This document shows positions 41,090-54,945 of a DNA stretch of 64,000 nucleotides, in pieces; position 1 is the first letter of the stretch; each line of letters starts with the position of its first letter. The notes below the pieces were generated by a model. That model saw only the letters and a program-made list of their open reading frames with translations. It was not told the DNA's origin and did not search any database. Source of the stretch: Phoronis australis (lineage: Eukaryota > Animalia > Phoronida); the NCBI GenBank assembly GCA_002633005.1, contig NMRA01000102.1, positions 664,345 to 728,344 of the forward strand, written 5' to 3'. The translations under genes were made by a program, and so were the position numbers.

Positions 41090-42024
41090 TGTCATCAGTT
41101 GAACCACCTTCAAATGGCATCACCCAAATACGTCATTTCACCTATCAACATCCTCCATTCGAGTTAACATCTATGCGCCAACTCTCTGTTTACGTTCGAG
41201 TCTTAATACGAGTTCTACACGAGTAGGACCTTAACATCAGAGGAATTATTGCCACAGAACAAATGTTTTTACATGGTGATTTTAACGTCCGAGCGGGATC
41301 CGACCACCACTCTTGGTCTAGAATTATTGGGCACTTTGGTGTAGGAAAATTCAACAATAATGGTCAGAGGATTCTAAGGCTTTGCAGTTGTTACAACCTC
41401 TGTATTAAAAACACGTTCTGTTCCACCCAGCCTCAACACAGCGTGTCTTGGTGACACCCAAGATCTCGCCACTGTCATCAACTGGACCTCGGTCTCACAC
41501 AAAGACCTGCTTTTAAGTGCGTTAACAATTCTCACAGCTATCATAATGACGACCGCGACACTGATCACTCCATGGTGTGGCTTCAGCCAAAAAAATCCAC
41601 CGATCCAGGCAAAGAGGACGCCAACGCATCAACATAGCCAAGACCAATATAGCTAGTACGTGTGCCAATGTGTACTGGCTGAATCTCTATCAAAACATCT
41701 AGCTCCCTGATGACCAAAGAAATATTAGCGCCATGTATGCCAGCATAGACAGTCCTTTGGACCTAGTGTAATTGAGATTGGCCCCATTGAAAACTGCCCC
41801 TGGCGACATCATAATTGACCTCTGTAAGCAGACGGAAAGATGGGTAGAGCAATACCAACACCTCTAATTGAGAGAGAACAGAGTCAGAAAGAACCTATAG
41901 TGCGCGGCTCTCCTTCCCATAGTGGAAGAACTCGACATATCACCTTCTGTGGAGGAATTAGCAAGGCCGTCGAAGTCGTGGATTGGGACAAAGCCCAAGA
42001 AATAGACAGAGGTTCTCAAGACTG
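41090..42024 (+). mobile_element. RTE (BovB-like) LINE 5' part, APE endonuclease
   Basis: IYAPTL, GDFNVRAG, GHFGVGKFNNNGQRIL, NTF...VSW.HPRS..QLDL, DTDHS, RWVEQY, ends EVLKT. Confidence 0.85.
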
Positions 42025-42239
42025 CACGCCAGTCACATAATTTTTTCTCTCTCGCGACATATGGAGAGCTGGCGACTTATGACATGCCTATTTATGTCTT
42101 CTTTAGCGTAATTTATTAAAACACAACTATTGGCCGGTTTAATCCATCCTTGTGAATATCTGTATAACTAAACGAATGAATCAAAAAAACGTCTTAATGA
42201 TTTAGAATGTATTTAAATGGATTTAAATGGACCTAACAT

Positions 42240-45200
42240 GTGGTTGGCAGCCGTCTCTCTTGACAGACATTGGATATGCGCCTCAGTCATTGATTGGCTG
42301 GCACCGTCACCTGTGGCTAAAAAGTCCGATTCTGGTGGTGCGTGTTCTGTTGCAGTTGCCACAGGCGTTGTGGCTTGGTCCTGATTAGTACGAGCAGAGG
42401 CTGCCCTCTGACGCCTGTGTTCATTACGCAGTGTCTGTTTTTCTGCTCACCAGTTTTAATGCACCACTTGACAGTCGACCTCAACCTACATGTACATGTA
42501 CTTGGATCGGAAGGCACCGCTTCCCGATATGCGACATTAACGGTTCCCGTCTTTTAATCGGGCTTTCAAACATATTTACAATAATCATAGACTATAGTAC
42601 ATGGACCGCCAACTCCGTATACTTTCAATTGACGAAATCTGTGATCTTACATAAGCCCCTACGTCATTATTCACTGGCGACACCTGGCTAAATTTTCTGG
42701 TGCAATTTCCGGCAAGTACGTCGTCTGCTAATCATGGTCGGCTACTGTGTGGCCGGTTGTTCGGCCACACACGCGAAATGCAAAGGAATTAGCTTCCATG
42801 CCATCCGAAGACCCCATAATAGGTTGTGGGAAGAAAAGCTTACTTCTTGTTTCAATGTGAAGAGCAGTTGTTTCATCAATAAGACTTTATACATTTATTC
42901 AAGGCACTTTGAAGATAAATGTTTTTAAGAGGCTCTACTACTTAATCCTGCCCTCACAAATCCATTTTCCTTTTGTCCGTTTTGATGAAAACTATCTGGT
43001 AAACATTTTAACGAAATTGTCCGCTAAATTTCTTCTAAAGGTAGTGACTCATGAACTTCTGTCTTGAGCTTCAGTCATAGTCTAGTGAGCAAATTAACCA
43101 AATTACTCTTCGCTGGCCCTGATCAGTTGGTTGGTCTCAGCAGAATGCACACATTTGGCCAGGATTTGGATCAGCGATTTCAACAAATTCGCATTCGTGT
43201 ACAAATAAATAGAACGCTGGTAAAACCTTTGATATAAATAAAGATTACATTAATACTTCAGAAATGACCACCTGGACTAGTCAAACTCTATCTCGCAATT
43301 CAACAGCAGGTTACACAATATATTTCGCACAGAATCTCTCAACTGTAGTCTATGAAAATATAACCAACTACTTTGAAAACATGAAACAGGAACACCAGAG
43401 GGGTGTGAAGGTTGTTTTTACTCTTCAATGCTAAATTTTTGTAAGCGGAAAAAGGTTTTTAAATTTCCGCCTTAAGTCCTAACATTTCGCAACTTAAGCC
43501 ATTCAAACGAACGTTTATGACGAAAACAAAATTCTTCAACCAGTTTTGTAAAGTCCTATGCCACCTGTAGGGTACATAATGAACCAATGCCACTCCTATT
43601 GTAATATAAGGGTCCCGTGCATAAAGGATACTAAGTAATGCCCTCCTGAAATATTACCGTATTCGCCCTAATAAGCGGCCAGGGCGCTTAGAAAAATCCG
43701 CTTCAGGAAGAGGGCGCTTACATTTATTATAGCCAAAAGTGGTTGAAACCCGGTTTCCGAAATCGTAAGCCAGACGTCATCAAATGTACGCTCTGTGACG
43801 AATCTGTAACCTATGACAGAGTTTCTACAAAACTGCATTGCATTGCTATCAAACTTTGTTGTCAACTTACGAGCATTTTTCAGAAAATCCCACTGCCAAA
43901 AATTGCCGTGAATCAGGTTTCAAGCTCCTCAGCTTGGTTTAACTATATATTAATAAACCATAAAAATATAAAAATGGTTCCAAGTGATCAGTGCAATGCC
44001 TGCGCACGTCAAGTAAATGTGTATCATGCAGCCCCTGATTTAAACAAAGGTCTGTTTTTTATTTTTGGTCCAGTATAAATAACGCCAAAGACCTAGAAAT
44101 CCAGCGAAACACTTCTACCTTACAAATCTGACAATCCCTAGTCTCAGAAAATTTGAGCACCCGGCAAAGATACTAAAGATGAAATTCTGGTGATGATAAT
44201 CACCCACTTTGTTTATTTACTTCTCCTTAATTTGAAATACTTGGTAAAATGAAGCCCATTCGAGTAAGCATCATGTGGGTCCCAATGCCAACCCAATACA
44301 TGATAGACCCCAACAAGCTCAAGTTGCAGTCAAATCAGGATGGGCATAAATAAGGAAATTTAATATATCAACAGATTGGCCAAATCAGAATAAGATACAA
44401 AGTGTTGCTACAGTGCACACGTGCACGATACTTGGTCTATTATTTTCCCGCCGTAAATGCATGAACCAATCAGATCACCAACATGGCGCAAAGTTTTCGA
44501 AACCAGCTCGATTTTTAGGGAGTCCTGTTTTACTGTTCTTTTTATTTTCAAAACTTTATTATGTTACATTTAGCTTATTTTCTTTTCAACTCAATGAAGC
44601 CACCTAATATGAATGCATTCAACAAAATTAATGCATTGTAAAAAACAAAAGTTATACTCTATCAACGTTAGACAAAATCAGTACACCCCTTTCTTAAAAA
44701 TGGGTTAAACGTTAGAAACAAAGGACACAAGTTTCCTTCACTTGTAACGTCGAATTTCGACATTGATGTTGGGGAGGAACATCAGTCTGGCGACAGCAAC
44801 ACGGAATCGTAGGAAGGCGATGATTTTCAAAATTGGGTTCGTTTTCGTTGTATGTCTTTTTCCCTATGGTTCAGGGTTACCTCTGAATCCAGGAACAAGA
44901 ACTGAAAGAGGCAGGGTTCGTGATAAGGTTGGAGAACGGTAACATTTATATAAGGTGTTGCAACTGTCGTCGATATTGTCATCTCCTCTGTTTTCATCCA
45001 ACCTTCCCAGATGAAAAATTGAATGAAGAGGACCTTCAGTACTTGCGTGAGCATGGTATACTGTGTGATTGATGTTGAATTATTCAACGGTTTTTTTAAG
45101 AACCATTTCACGCTATACCTTCAACCAACGGCCCTTTTCAGGGCCTCTCAATACTTCCCAGAAGAACTGCTCACTTGAGAATATTGATATGAACATGCAA

Positions 45201-45780
45201 AGGTTGAAATAGTCAAATCGTTGCAGAGGTGCATTTATTAATTCGAACAAAATTGATATTTTTCTAAACCAAAAACGTTATATTATTATCTTTTGCATTC
45301 ACAGGTACTCTTTGGAATTTGTGCACAATCATGCTTTCGTAGTTTTCGAAGTAGGCTTATGTGAACCATAAATCACAAACTGTCCGATAACTATGCTGCT
45401 ATGCTATTGGGCAAGCAGACGACATAATCAGTCGGCACCGAAGTTTGAATTTTGTAGCATTGCCAAAAGTACTCACGATACGTGATACCAACACTTCTAC
45501 TAGTGATTGACTTTGAACAGCGTTTTAATGCCCAAATTAATATTTTTTTTCGTTGTACTGGACAGTGATGTACATGCAAATATTTCTCGTCAAAATACAC
45601 TAACCGGAAACTGTACCTGAAAGGACAGGAGAGTGGCGGCGCCTCTTGGCTAGCACGTAAGGAAATGCCGGTGTTGGGAATCTGTTGTCTATAATCTATG
45701 CAATAATGAAGCATAGGACTTTTTGTAGGTATGGTTTCTGTGGTGAGCTTTCCATGAATATTTCTTTTCTCATTCTCCCA
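42240..45780 (-). mobile_element. RTE 3' end interrupted by a P-like element
   Basis: 42240-42585 joined to 45708-45780 restores the reverse complement of ~51940-52315. Confidence 0.8.
42586..45700 (+). mobile_element. P-superfamily-like DNA transposon, decayed, with N-terminal THAP
   Basis: TIRs CATAGACTATAG / CTATAATCTATG; exact 7-bp TSD CAATAAT (42579-42585, 45701-45707); THAP ORF 42734-42928 CVAGC...ISFH...W...SRHFEDKCF. Confidence 0.88.
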
Positions 45781-47894
45781 CACACAGCTGATAATAATTA
45801 GACATGTACCCGTCTGTTAATAAGTATTATTTTACAGACACACTCCACAAGGTTGTGCCACAGACACTGAGCAAACACTTGCTTTGCAACTTCGATTTTA
45901 ATGCTTGATTTATCTTGATGTTAACCTTCACAGAAATTGCTGATAAGTAATTAAGATGTGACGTTATACAATTTCATACAACTAAATCACTCTAGAGTGT
46001 GGATGAGTGATCTTATTGCAGTTAAGCTCAGTAAATCAATTCCTGAAGTGATTTTATGGCAGACGATCAATCTGCAAGTGAGGATTGATTGGACAATTAA
46101 TTGAAGATTTTTGACAGTTTTCTTTGAAAAAATAACTAACTTGTATCAAATAGCCAAAGATCATTTTACACGATAGTGCCTTTTTGAGTTCGAATGTCAG
46201 AATTTTCTGAGATTTAAACTTGTTTGCACTGTGTTTTTGTGAGGTTGGGGGCGATAGTTGTTATTGAATTGTGTTTCTACTACTGGCACCGAATGCAAAT
46301 TTTGTCTGGTATTCAATAATGTTTTAGTTGGTTAATACTTTATTTTTATCCAAGTATTAAATTCATGAGACTTTATCATTATTTCCGTAATTCCATTCAT
46401 AAAAATAACTGACATGCATGGCAATGGTTTTCACTGACAACAAAACGGTTCTGATCACTGCGGAATCTGTGATGTTGAATTGCGTGTATGAAACAGGAAA
46501 CAAAAACATTCCGCATGAAATAAAAAAACATTGATCGTATTGCTTTATATTTTTGAATAGATGTTCGCTCTGATGACTCTAATTCCAACGCATAATATTT
46601 TGTTTCTAAATATTATCGATCAATTACCAGCACTAAAAAGAGAGTAGTTTCGGATGATGCTTTACAAAAAGAAAAAAATATACACCACAAAGTAATGCCA
46701 AACTGTGCAAACAAGCAATTGTGGTATTGCCAGATGTGTTAACGCTCAGCCTTCTAACTCTGATGATAACACTGAAATTCAGTAACTAATTTTGTCATCA
46801 GTGGAAAGTACTTAGAAATTGAAAAGTCCAATTTTAGCTGCATCATACGTCGGGAAATTTCTAAAAACAATCCGTTTTGTCCGAGGATGTGGGCAAACTG
46901 ATTTTTGTTCGGAATGTTTGACCAGGGCTTTCTGCTAGGGGATTTTACCAATAATTCCCCGTCATCTGTGCTATGCAGAAAAACTTGATAAAAATGTCAT
47001 TGCAGTTAGTTTAAATTTCAGATCTATGCTGGGTGTTAAAAATGCTTAACTTGATGAAAGTGAGAATCAACAAATATTCACGTTTGCACTATTCCTCAGT
47101 TATTACATTGCCAAATGCCAGTAGCACAACCTAGGTTTGCTGAAGCTCTAAAATTGATTGACGCAGAACAGGGAATTCATAGTTAGGACTATTGCAATAC
47201 ACAGTTAGTGAACCTTGAAGATTACCTCACGTTAGAGCACAGATAGAGCGGGAATGTCCAAATGAAAATTCATCACAAAGAACAAGTCGAGTACATGTAA
47301 CTGAATATCTAGATTTTTGCTGAATTAAAACAATTTAGAATAGATAGACATGCCTATCACAGTAAACCATTCATTGGCACTCACTGTAGCACGTACACAC
47401 CTGAATCTCTGTACTCAGTGCTAACCCACCGGCTCTGACGGCACAAACGCGTACAAAATACAAAGCAGTGGAAACGGTACTTAATTTTCCAAACGGAACA
47501 AGCAATGTTTTAGCGTTAATATAGCATCTGGCACAATAGTTACACCAACAATGAAGACATAGACGATGCTGACTTGTGTATCCGAAATACTTGAAATGTT
47601 AGGGGTGCGCATTATCTGATTCTCGCATTTTACATGTAGTTAAGCAAGATCTACTGGAGGATCACGTCATGCGAAATTCTGGTTAGGACTGCTTGGAGAG
47701 TAAAATGGGGAACCCATCCTCAAAACATTCAACACAATTAAAAGTGCGTGTGTAGGAATTAGGAACACATTGCTGCAAATAACCTAGGTGATGAAAATGG
47801 ACTAGATAACGAAGTCACCTTAGCACAGAAATCCACTCAATAAGAATTATGGTCAGTTGGACTTACCCACTCGCTCACCTCAGTTGTAGTACCA

Positions 47895-48725
47895 AATCTT
47901 AGACGTATGTGTTGACTATGAAGAATCTAGCATTAAAACCCCTATTTATAGGAATCCAACATATGGTGGGGTTTGTTTACATGAAAACAGTCAATGTCCT
48001 CTGAGATATAAGCGCTCTGTTCCAGCGAGCTTCTTGAATAGAACATATATATTCTGAATGCTTAGACTGGGAAACCTTTAACACTTAGTGTAAGCGCATT
48101 AAGCAAATTATGATAAATAACGGATACAGTAATACGTTTGTTGATGAGAATATGAAACTTTTCAGTATTCGCTTACAAATTCCTGTGCGTATAAAACAAA
48201 CAGGCGGTTGTATCAAAAAACTATTCTACCGCAGTCAATAACATTCACATTATATTGAAGATAAACGAGTTTTAAAACAAGTCATCCAGAATAATGTTAA
48301 GACCGTTAAACCATAAGATAGCATTTTGTTCTATTTTTATTACGAAACCGCAAAACTGTGGTTAAAAAATATATGCACAAAGTCAGTTCGAATGTTGGCC
48401 AAAACTGACTTGACTAATCAGTTCATTTGCCTCACAACGAATGTATTCGTTCTAACACTGATAGTTCAAGATATGTTGGGTATGCAACTTGTAAATTGTC
48501 TCGCAGGTTGTCTATGCATCTGAAAATCGGTTCCATTAAGGACCAATTTCACACACTCCACCAAAAGAAAACTACCCGTTCCGACAATGTCGACAATACC
48601 ATCGTTGAGCATTACAAACGGGCTACCTTTCGCCTGAAAATTCTCGAAGAGTTGATCATAAAAACTGAAGCCCCTGACATAAATTCCCAAGATACTGGGT
48701 TCCATCGTACCTTTTCATTATACGA
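47895..48725 (+). mobile_element. Penelope-like element 3' fragment (RT thumb and GIY-YIG)
   Basis: LDVCV...IYRNPT, SQCPLRYKRS, RIKQIMINNGYSN, YVGYATCKLSRRLSMH...GSIK, RLKILEELII...PDINSQ. Confidence 0.85.
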
Positions 48726-48844
48726 ATTATGTCCATATTTTGTATTATCTATGTATTTCATTTAGTTTTACAACACTTTATAGTAGCTTAGTTCACACGT
48801 GTTAAATCTCTCAAGTGTAATACGGTTATGTAATAATGTTAATT

Positions 48845-49260
48845 ATATGACACTTTTGTCTCAGTTTCCAATTGCTAAATATTATATCGTCTGTAACTCA
48901 GGGGCCGATTTCTCGGTAACTACAATATCAAATAATGTTGTTTATTAACTATTTTCAGGAGATGTTACAAGTTCAATGCACAGTAACCGTTGTTTCAATC
49001 TTTGTTATCTCTTTTCAAGTAACAGATCGTTACATTTAAAACTGTTTCTTTTACTAGAGAAAACGTTCAACCTAACGCGAATGTATATACATAAAGGATG
49101 TGATCCGCCACGTAAACAGTCTGAGCGAAATATTTAAAAAAATCTGCCGTAACTTAGGAATTCGAAGCGTATGGGATAAATACAAGACCTACCTCCATTG
49201 CCATTGGCATAGACGAAGTAATAGCCCACTCGACATTATTTCGCGTATCAACCGAGACCG
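48845..49260 (-). mobile_element. Repeat family copy 3 (partial body plus segment X, same isomer as copy 1)
   Basis: Reverse complement of ~17463-17890; gcgtatgggataaa ends at 49180. Confidence 0.8.
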
Positions 49261-49264
49261 ATTT

Positions 49265-50265
49265 TCCCATACCTTTTCCTAGGCGCGCCATTGCTTGGGC
49301 CGCTTTGCCGATCCCGGTGTTAAGTTCAACGTCCAGTACATGTAAAAGAATGTTGGTGATTGTAGAGCAAGATAAATTAACTTGTCTTCCGCTTCGAGGG
49401 CATAGTTGCCAATGGTGATGTTGAGGCACTGGCAGCGTAGTGGCTCCTGGCGTTAGTCTTCTCGAGGCTGATGGTAAACCCAAACTCCTCGTATGCATGA
49501 GAGAAGCAGTCAATATGACGTTTGAATGCTTCCTCGCTGTGAACCTTAATGAAAGCATGACCAAAGATCACATTTCTAATGAGCAGTAGTTGCACCTTGG
49601 TCTTTGCAGGAAGGCGGGCCAGGTTAAAAAAGTTTCTGTCGCTTCAGGTATTGAGGTAGATTCCATCATTTGACTGACCAAAGGCATATGATAAGGGTAG
49701 GGAGAAGTAGGCGCCGAAGAGTTTATGAGCGAGAACGCATCCATGCTTCACTCCACTCTTGATGGAAAATGGATTTGAAGATGAGCACTCGTACTGGACA
49801 ACTCTCTACATGCCACCAGACGTGATCATACCCAGCAGCTTGGGAGGACACCCGATCCTACGTAGAGGGATAAGAGGCCTTTCCTACTGATAAGATTGAA
49901 GGCTTTCGTAAGATATCTGAAAGCAACGAACAACGGTAGTGTCTGTTCACGGCACGTTTCTTATAATTGTCTCACAGGAAATATCATGTCAATAGCTGAG
50001 CCTATTGCTCTGAAGCCGCGCAAGGCTTCAGGGTAGACATTTTCTGCCAATTACTGTACTCAACATAGTACCACACGGGCGATAGGGTTCCCCACGACGC
50101 TGAAGAGAGATATCCCGCAGCAGTTATTAGTGCCACTGCGATTTTTCTTTGTTCTTGTACAGAGTGACGATGTTTGCGCCATGTATGTTCTGGGGCACAT
50201 AACATTCTTCCCAACATTGTAAGAGAAGATCATGCAATTTGTGTAGTAGAGTGGCTTGCGTTTGC
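49265..50265 (-). mobile_element. RTE LINE middle part, reverse transcriptase
   Basis: LLQCWEE..VPQ...ANIVTLYKNK, GISL, KAF, GVKHGCVLA, FGFTISLEKT, LDVELNTGIGKAAQAMARL. Confidence 0.85.
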
Positions 50266-50319
50266 CGACCCGACTTCCCGTAATCCTGTTGTAATCTGTA
50301 TGATCTTATCCACCTATCT

Positions 50320-50436
50320 GGCAAATACACATTACTTCTGCACAAATTGCATGACCTTCTCTGCAATGTTGGGCAGAAGGTTATGTGCCCCATGACATGC
50401 GTGACTCAATCATCGCGACGTCGTTCAAGAACAAAG
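50320..50436 (+). mobile_element. Short RTE fragment forming an inverted repeat with 50147-50265
   Basis: cacaaattgcatga...gttatgtgcccca...caagaacaaag present on both strands around a ~55-bp spacer. Confidence 0.8.
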
Positions 50437-51589
50437 ACGATCCAGTACGATGGATCATGTTCGATGTTAAATACTGAATTGTTTGTGAACATACCCTAGG
50501 CAGTGCACGATGTTTTACTGTAGAACAGTGAAATTCTATCCTGCGAGTAATCGGAACACTACGGTAGTGAGTGTCTAGTGTAACTGCTGCACTGTTGTTG
50601 TTTATTGGGACACGAAAACCAAAGACTGAATTGTTGCAGAGTCACATAAGTACCCGTTGATAATTGAACGGCCAGTGGCTAGGCTCATCAACTAGTCTGA
50701 AGAGGTACAGGCAAGCATTATTTGTGTGTAAATGTGGAACTTGTGATGGCTGTTGTCAGAGACGGTCAGCCACGAGTCGGTGTGTCGATTATGAAGGAGA
50801 AAGTCACGTCTGGGAGTGCAAAAGATCGGTCTAGATCGTAACGTGTTTTGGTCGTGATAGACCGGCCCGAGAATCCTCCCTCATTTTCGGATCGGTCGTA
50901 ATTCTTGAGTTAACTACATGCCTTTAATTGGCCGGTAACATGCGACTTCACACTAATAATCAATAGCTGATGGTGTAAGATAAGAGTTCCCTAACGAAGC
51001 AATACGTCTGTTTTAGCTTTTTCGGTCTTCTGATAGATTTAAACTAATAGAAAATTCGAAATCTTCAGAAGATTTTGACCTCTCTCCGTAAATATGGGTG
51101 AAGTTTTAGCTGAAGTCGCTTCAGTCAGATCAGCAAGAAGTAACTTTAAGTATTACTACGCGGTAAAGCGGTTTCCTTTGTTTTGAATTTTATATCGGTT
51201 AAGAATTTAGTTTACATTTTTACACAAATAATCGTGGAATATCAGTGAACCTGAGTTAAAGTTCCTAAGAAAGTAACAAATTTTACAAATTTATGAATCC
51301 GCAACGGCTTAATTTGCGCAGTGCCACAGTATTCCAAGTAAGTCGCTCTCATTTGCTTGCAAGCAAATACATTCTTGTCGTAAAGCGAAAATCCCGATGA
51401 AAATCGATGCTAATCTCAAAAGTTAACGATTTTTGTCCGAAGTCATGGCGAAAATCCGGATGGAAGTGGGACGAAAAATGACGCTAATTTTTTTGAAAAT
51501 TTATCGAAAGTTTTTGCATCAAAAGTTCATCTATTTTCCACGAGAATTATCGTGAACTTTTTAAGACTTTCAGATTACGATCAGTGCTG

Positions 51590-52315
51590 ATGCTAATATC
51601 ATCAGCAATCTTTCACTGGACGCTGAACTCAAAACCAGGATCGGCAAAGCGTCTTTAGGAAAAGGTCTGGGAAATTCGTATGCTGACCGCCAAAACCAAG
51701 GCAAAGGTCTACCAGGCTTGCGTCCGCAGCACTCTCCTGTTCAACAGCGAATCATGGTCCGTCAAGAGCGCAATGTGCACTGCTTGAGGAAGAAACTGGA
51801 CATCAAATGGCCGTATTATGTCTCCAACAACAAAGATGTAACCTAAGTGGGGTTGCTTAGTATGTACGCGATGTTCAGCCAGAGGCGCCTCCGTTGGCTT
51901 GGCCACGTGAGGCGCGTGGTGGATAGGAGATTGCCAAGGGAAATACTGCGTAAGAACCAGACCTGTAGGAAGGCCCATGCTTCGTTATGAAATGTTTGCA
52001 AGCGTGATCTGAGAACGGGAAACTTCAACGTCGGAAGCTGTGACCTTCGATTGCCACTGGTGGAGGTCAATTGTCAACTCGTGCATCAAAACTAGTGAGC
52101 AGAATAACAAGTACACTGTACTACTCAAAGAATACAGGGGGTAGAGGACAGTCTCTGCTGAAACTGATCCTGACCAAGCATACACCTGTGACAACTACAA
52201 CAGAACATACTCTCTAGAATCGGACTTTTTGCCAGAGGCGACGCTGCAATCCAACCAATGACTGATAGAGGGCGCATATCAATGTCTGTATCTCGAGAGA
52301 CGGCTGTCAACCACT
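51590..52315 (+). mobile_element. RTE LINE 3' part
   Basis: LDAELKTRIGKA, KVYQACVRSTLLFNSESW, QRRLRWLGHVRR..DRRLPREIL, CKRDL, SRIGL. Confidence 0.85.
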
Positions 52316-54945
52316 TGTAGGTCCTTTTTACCCTTTAAACCCCTTGTAACCCAATAAGACGGTTTTAATCCCATATTTTAGTAATGCACGTATTTAGCAG
52401 AAGTGGATTTAAACGGCCAATAATTCCGTTGTGACCAATTATGCTAAATGAGACCTGTCATATGTCGTCAACTGTCCATATGTTGCAAGAGTAAATGAGA
52501 TTGATGCGCGTTTCCCGACCTGACTTCTCGTAATCTTGTCGTAATTTGTCCTATGATCGTATCTGATAAAGGGTCAAGGACTGCACTGGGAAAGCATATG
52601 TATCTCTTTATTCAAAACCATAAATATATTACATGTTAACCAGTTTTTACCACATCTTTAGTAGAATTGAACCTATGCCGCGGCCACCAAAGAAACTCTG
52701 ACACCTATCTGAGGAATTTTTCGTGCTAAAATGGTTATATCGGGAATTACCTGGGGATCATGGGGCGCGTTGACAGGGCGTCGGTGTCAGAATCCACCAG
52801 TAGCAGCGTTGTGGGGAATACTTATTTACATTATTCCGTCGACCGGTCATTTAAGAAAAAAAAGGACATACTCATATTGCCTGATATCCACCGACAATCG
52901 CCCCGTTGACCTGCAGATAGCGGACCGACTTTATTTGGTTGGCCGACGTGAACGGTCATAGCTCGATATCTGACTGATGACTGGCGAATGCATTGACGTC
53001 GTAGTAACATCGCCTTTACATCGTTTAAATCAGTGTAGCCGCTCCTCCCTATCCGATAAAAACTCTCCCATATTTCCAATTGCGGTCGGGGATCAGCTAA
53101 TCCTTCCTCCCGATATGTGACGGAGACATAAAGGAATGCCAAACCTAATTTGTTGTGCCGCAACAACAACTGCCAGGCTATCACGAACACATCTTAGACA
53201 CTACGAATCTAAGCCGTGATGTTCCCAAACTCCTCAAATATCTTCTCTACAAGACTAACGTTTGGTCTTGTTCGTGAAAACAGAAGTCGGATGACCAGAT
53301 CTCATGAGAAAATAAAACCTTTTGTCATTCGCGACGTTTTACTTTGTCGCAGGTCCCCCTTATTTGACACGGGTCCGAGACTGTGGCCCCCTTTTTCCCT
53401 CATCTCGACGTCACTGAAAAGCATTATGGATACACGTAGGCTAATGGCTGTTGTGGTGAGAGAGGACATGCGACATTACCTTGTCCGAATATAAATAGGC
53501 GAACGAGAATTTCATTCCCAGCAGCCAGTCTCATGTGAGGTTTTTATGAGAATATTCTAAGTTGGTGTCATGGTCACTGTATTGTTATTTAGAACATGTC
53601 GCTTTTACTTTGTCGCCATGGTCTTTAAAATAGTGCACGCATCCGTGAGTACTAAACGGTTTGAAAGTGACAAATAATATGTACGTATCACATCATCGAT
53701 GAAAATCGACCTGAAACTAACGTCGTTCATTTCCGTCAATTCAGTAGTGAGCGAAAGGCAGGAGCTTTGGCGATTCTCTGTTATATGTTATTTGGAAGTG
53801 TGAAAACGAGTGTCTGTTAATTGCAGTGTGATGAGCAGCGTTAAAGAGACCAAGAGAATTACTGCAGAGGTGTAACGGTGACCAGTAAGTTATCCCCCCA
53901 TTACCGCGCGTATCTGAAATTGGGTGTTGTATGATATAGATTTTTCACAGACTTTGTATTGAGTTACAAGTTTTCCTTTTAAGTATACTTGTAATGTTTT
54001 TAATGAAGAATCTTTCGACGATCTTAGAAGGCATGCCTAGAAATGCTCAACCGTGGGCACCCAGACAAAAGGATAAAAGTCGAGTTTTTGAACCGAGAAT
54101 TTGATACATCAAAAAACCAGGTGTATTAACGTAAACCCAGGGGTTTCCAATTGGGATCTTGTCAAGGTTTCAGATTAAAAGCTACATGTAAATCTTCGAC
54201 AATCCCAGCAATCTTTATTCATGACTCTTAATACTTTGTGAACCTTGAAATCCGAATCCAATTTCTGATTGGCACTATTTCCTCTGGCGATACTATCGAT
54301 AATTTTGCTATAATGATACACTTGGGAATAGTGTCTATTTGTGCATTTGAAAAATGATTGTATTCAGGGTTGTGGCAACTTGCATGAAAAAGTCATTATT
54401 TAATTGAAAATTCTGCCTAATTCAAGCGTAAATAGCTGATTGAAATTCTTACTTAAATCTTATTTTTTATCGGAATCTATTTTGTCTGGGTTATGCTGCA
54501 GGTAATGCTGCAGACTTAAACAAGAAACGAATTGTCGCATAAATAATACCATCACAAACTTCGTTAAAGGCAGGACGAGACTTTGTTATGGAGCTTGATA
54601 CTGTTACATGTACGTTCGTAATTTTGGAACAGTCTCCTTTCTTCTAGTGTGCAGGTATGAAGTAAAACACCGAGAGACATAACAAATATGTTCATTCTAC
54701 TCATTGCCTGATGTGACATGCAGTCACGCAGTCACGGAATATAGCTACTGTTTTTATTTGTTTATTTGTTATGGTTCTCGTTGTTTTGCTTCATACCAGC
54801 ACACCAGAAGAAAATTGGGTGATCTTTGCACTAATGACCCCGCGTCATGCAGTGTTATTCTCCAACAGGACGTCACGATACTTACTGGACATGGTTGAGT
54901 GATTTACGGCGGACCATTTTCGACACAAAACCCGTTCGTTCTTAA

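Noticed and set aside
52831-53494. GC-richer ORFs of 119 and 92 aa
   Set aside because: No recognisable motifs or convincing splice structure; probably decayed transposon interior.
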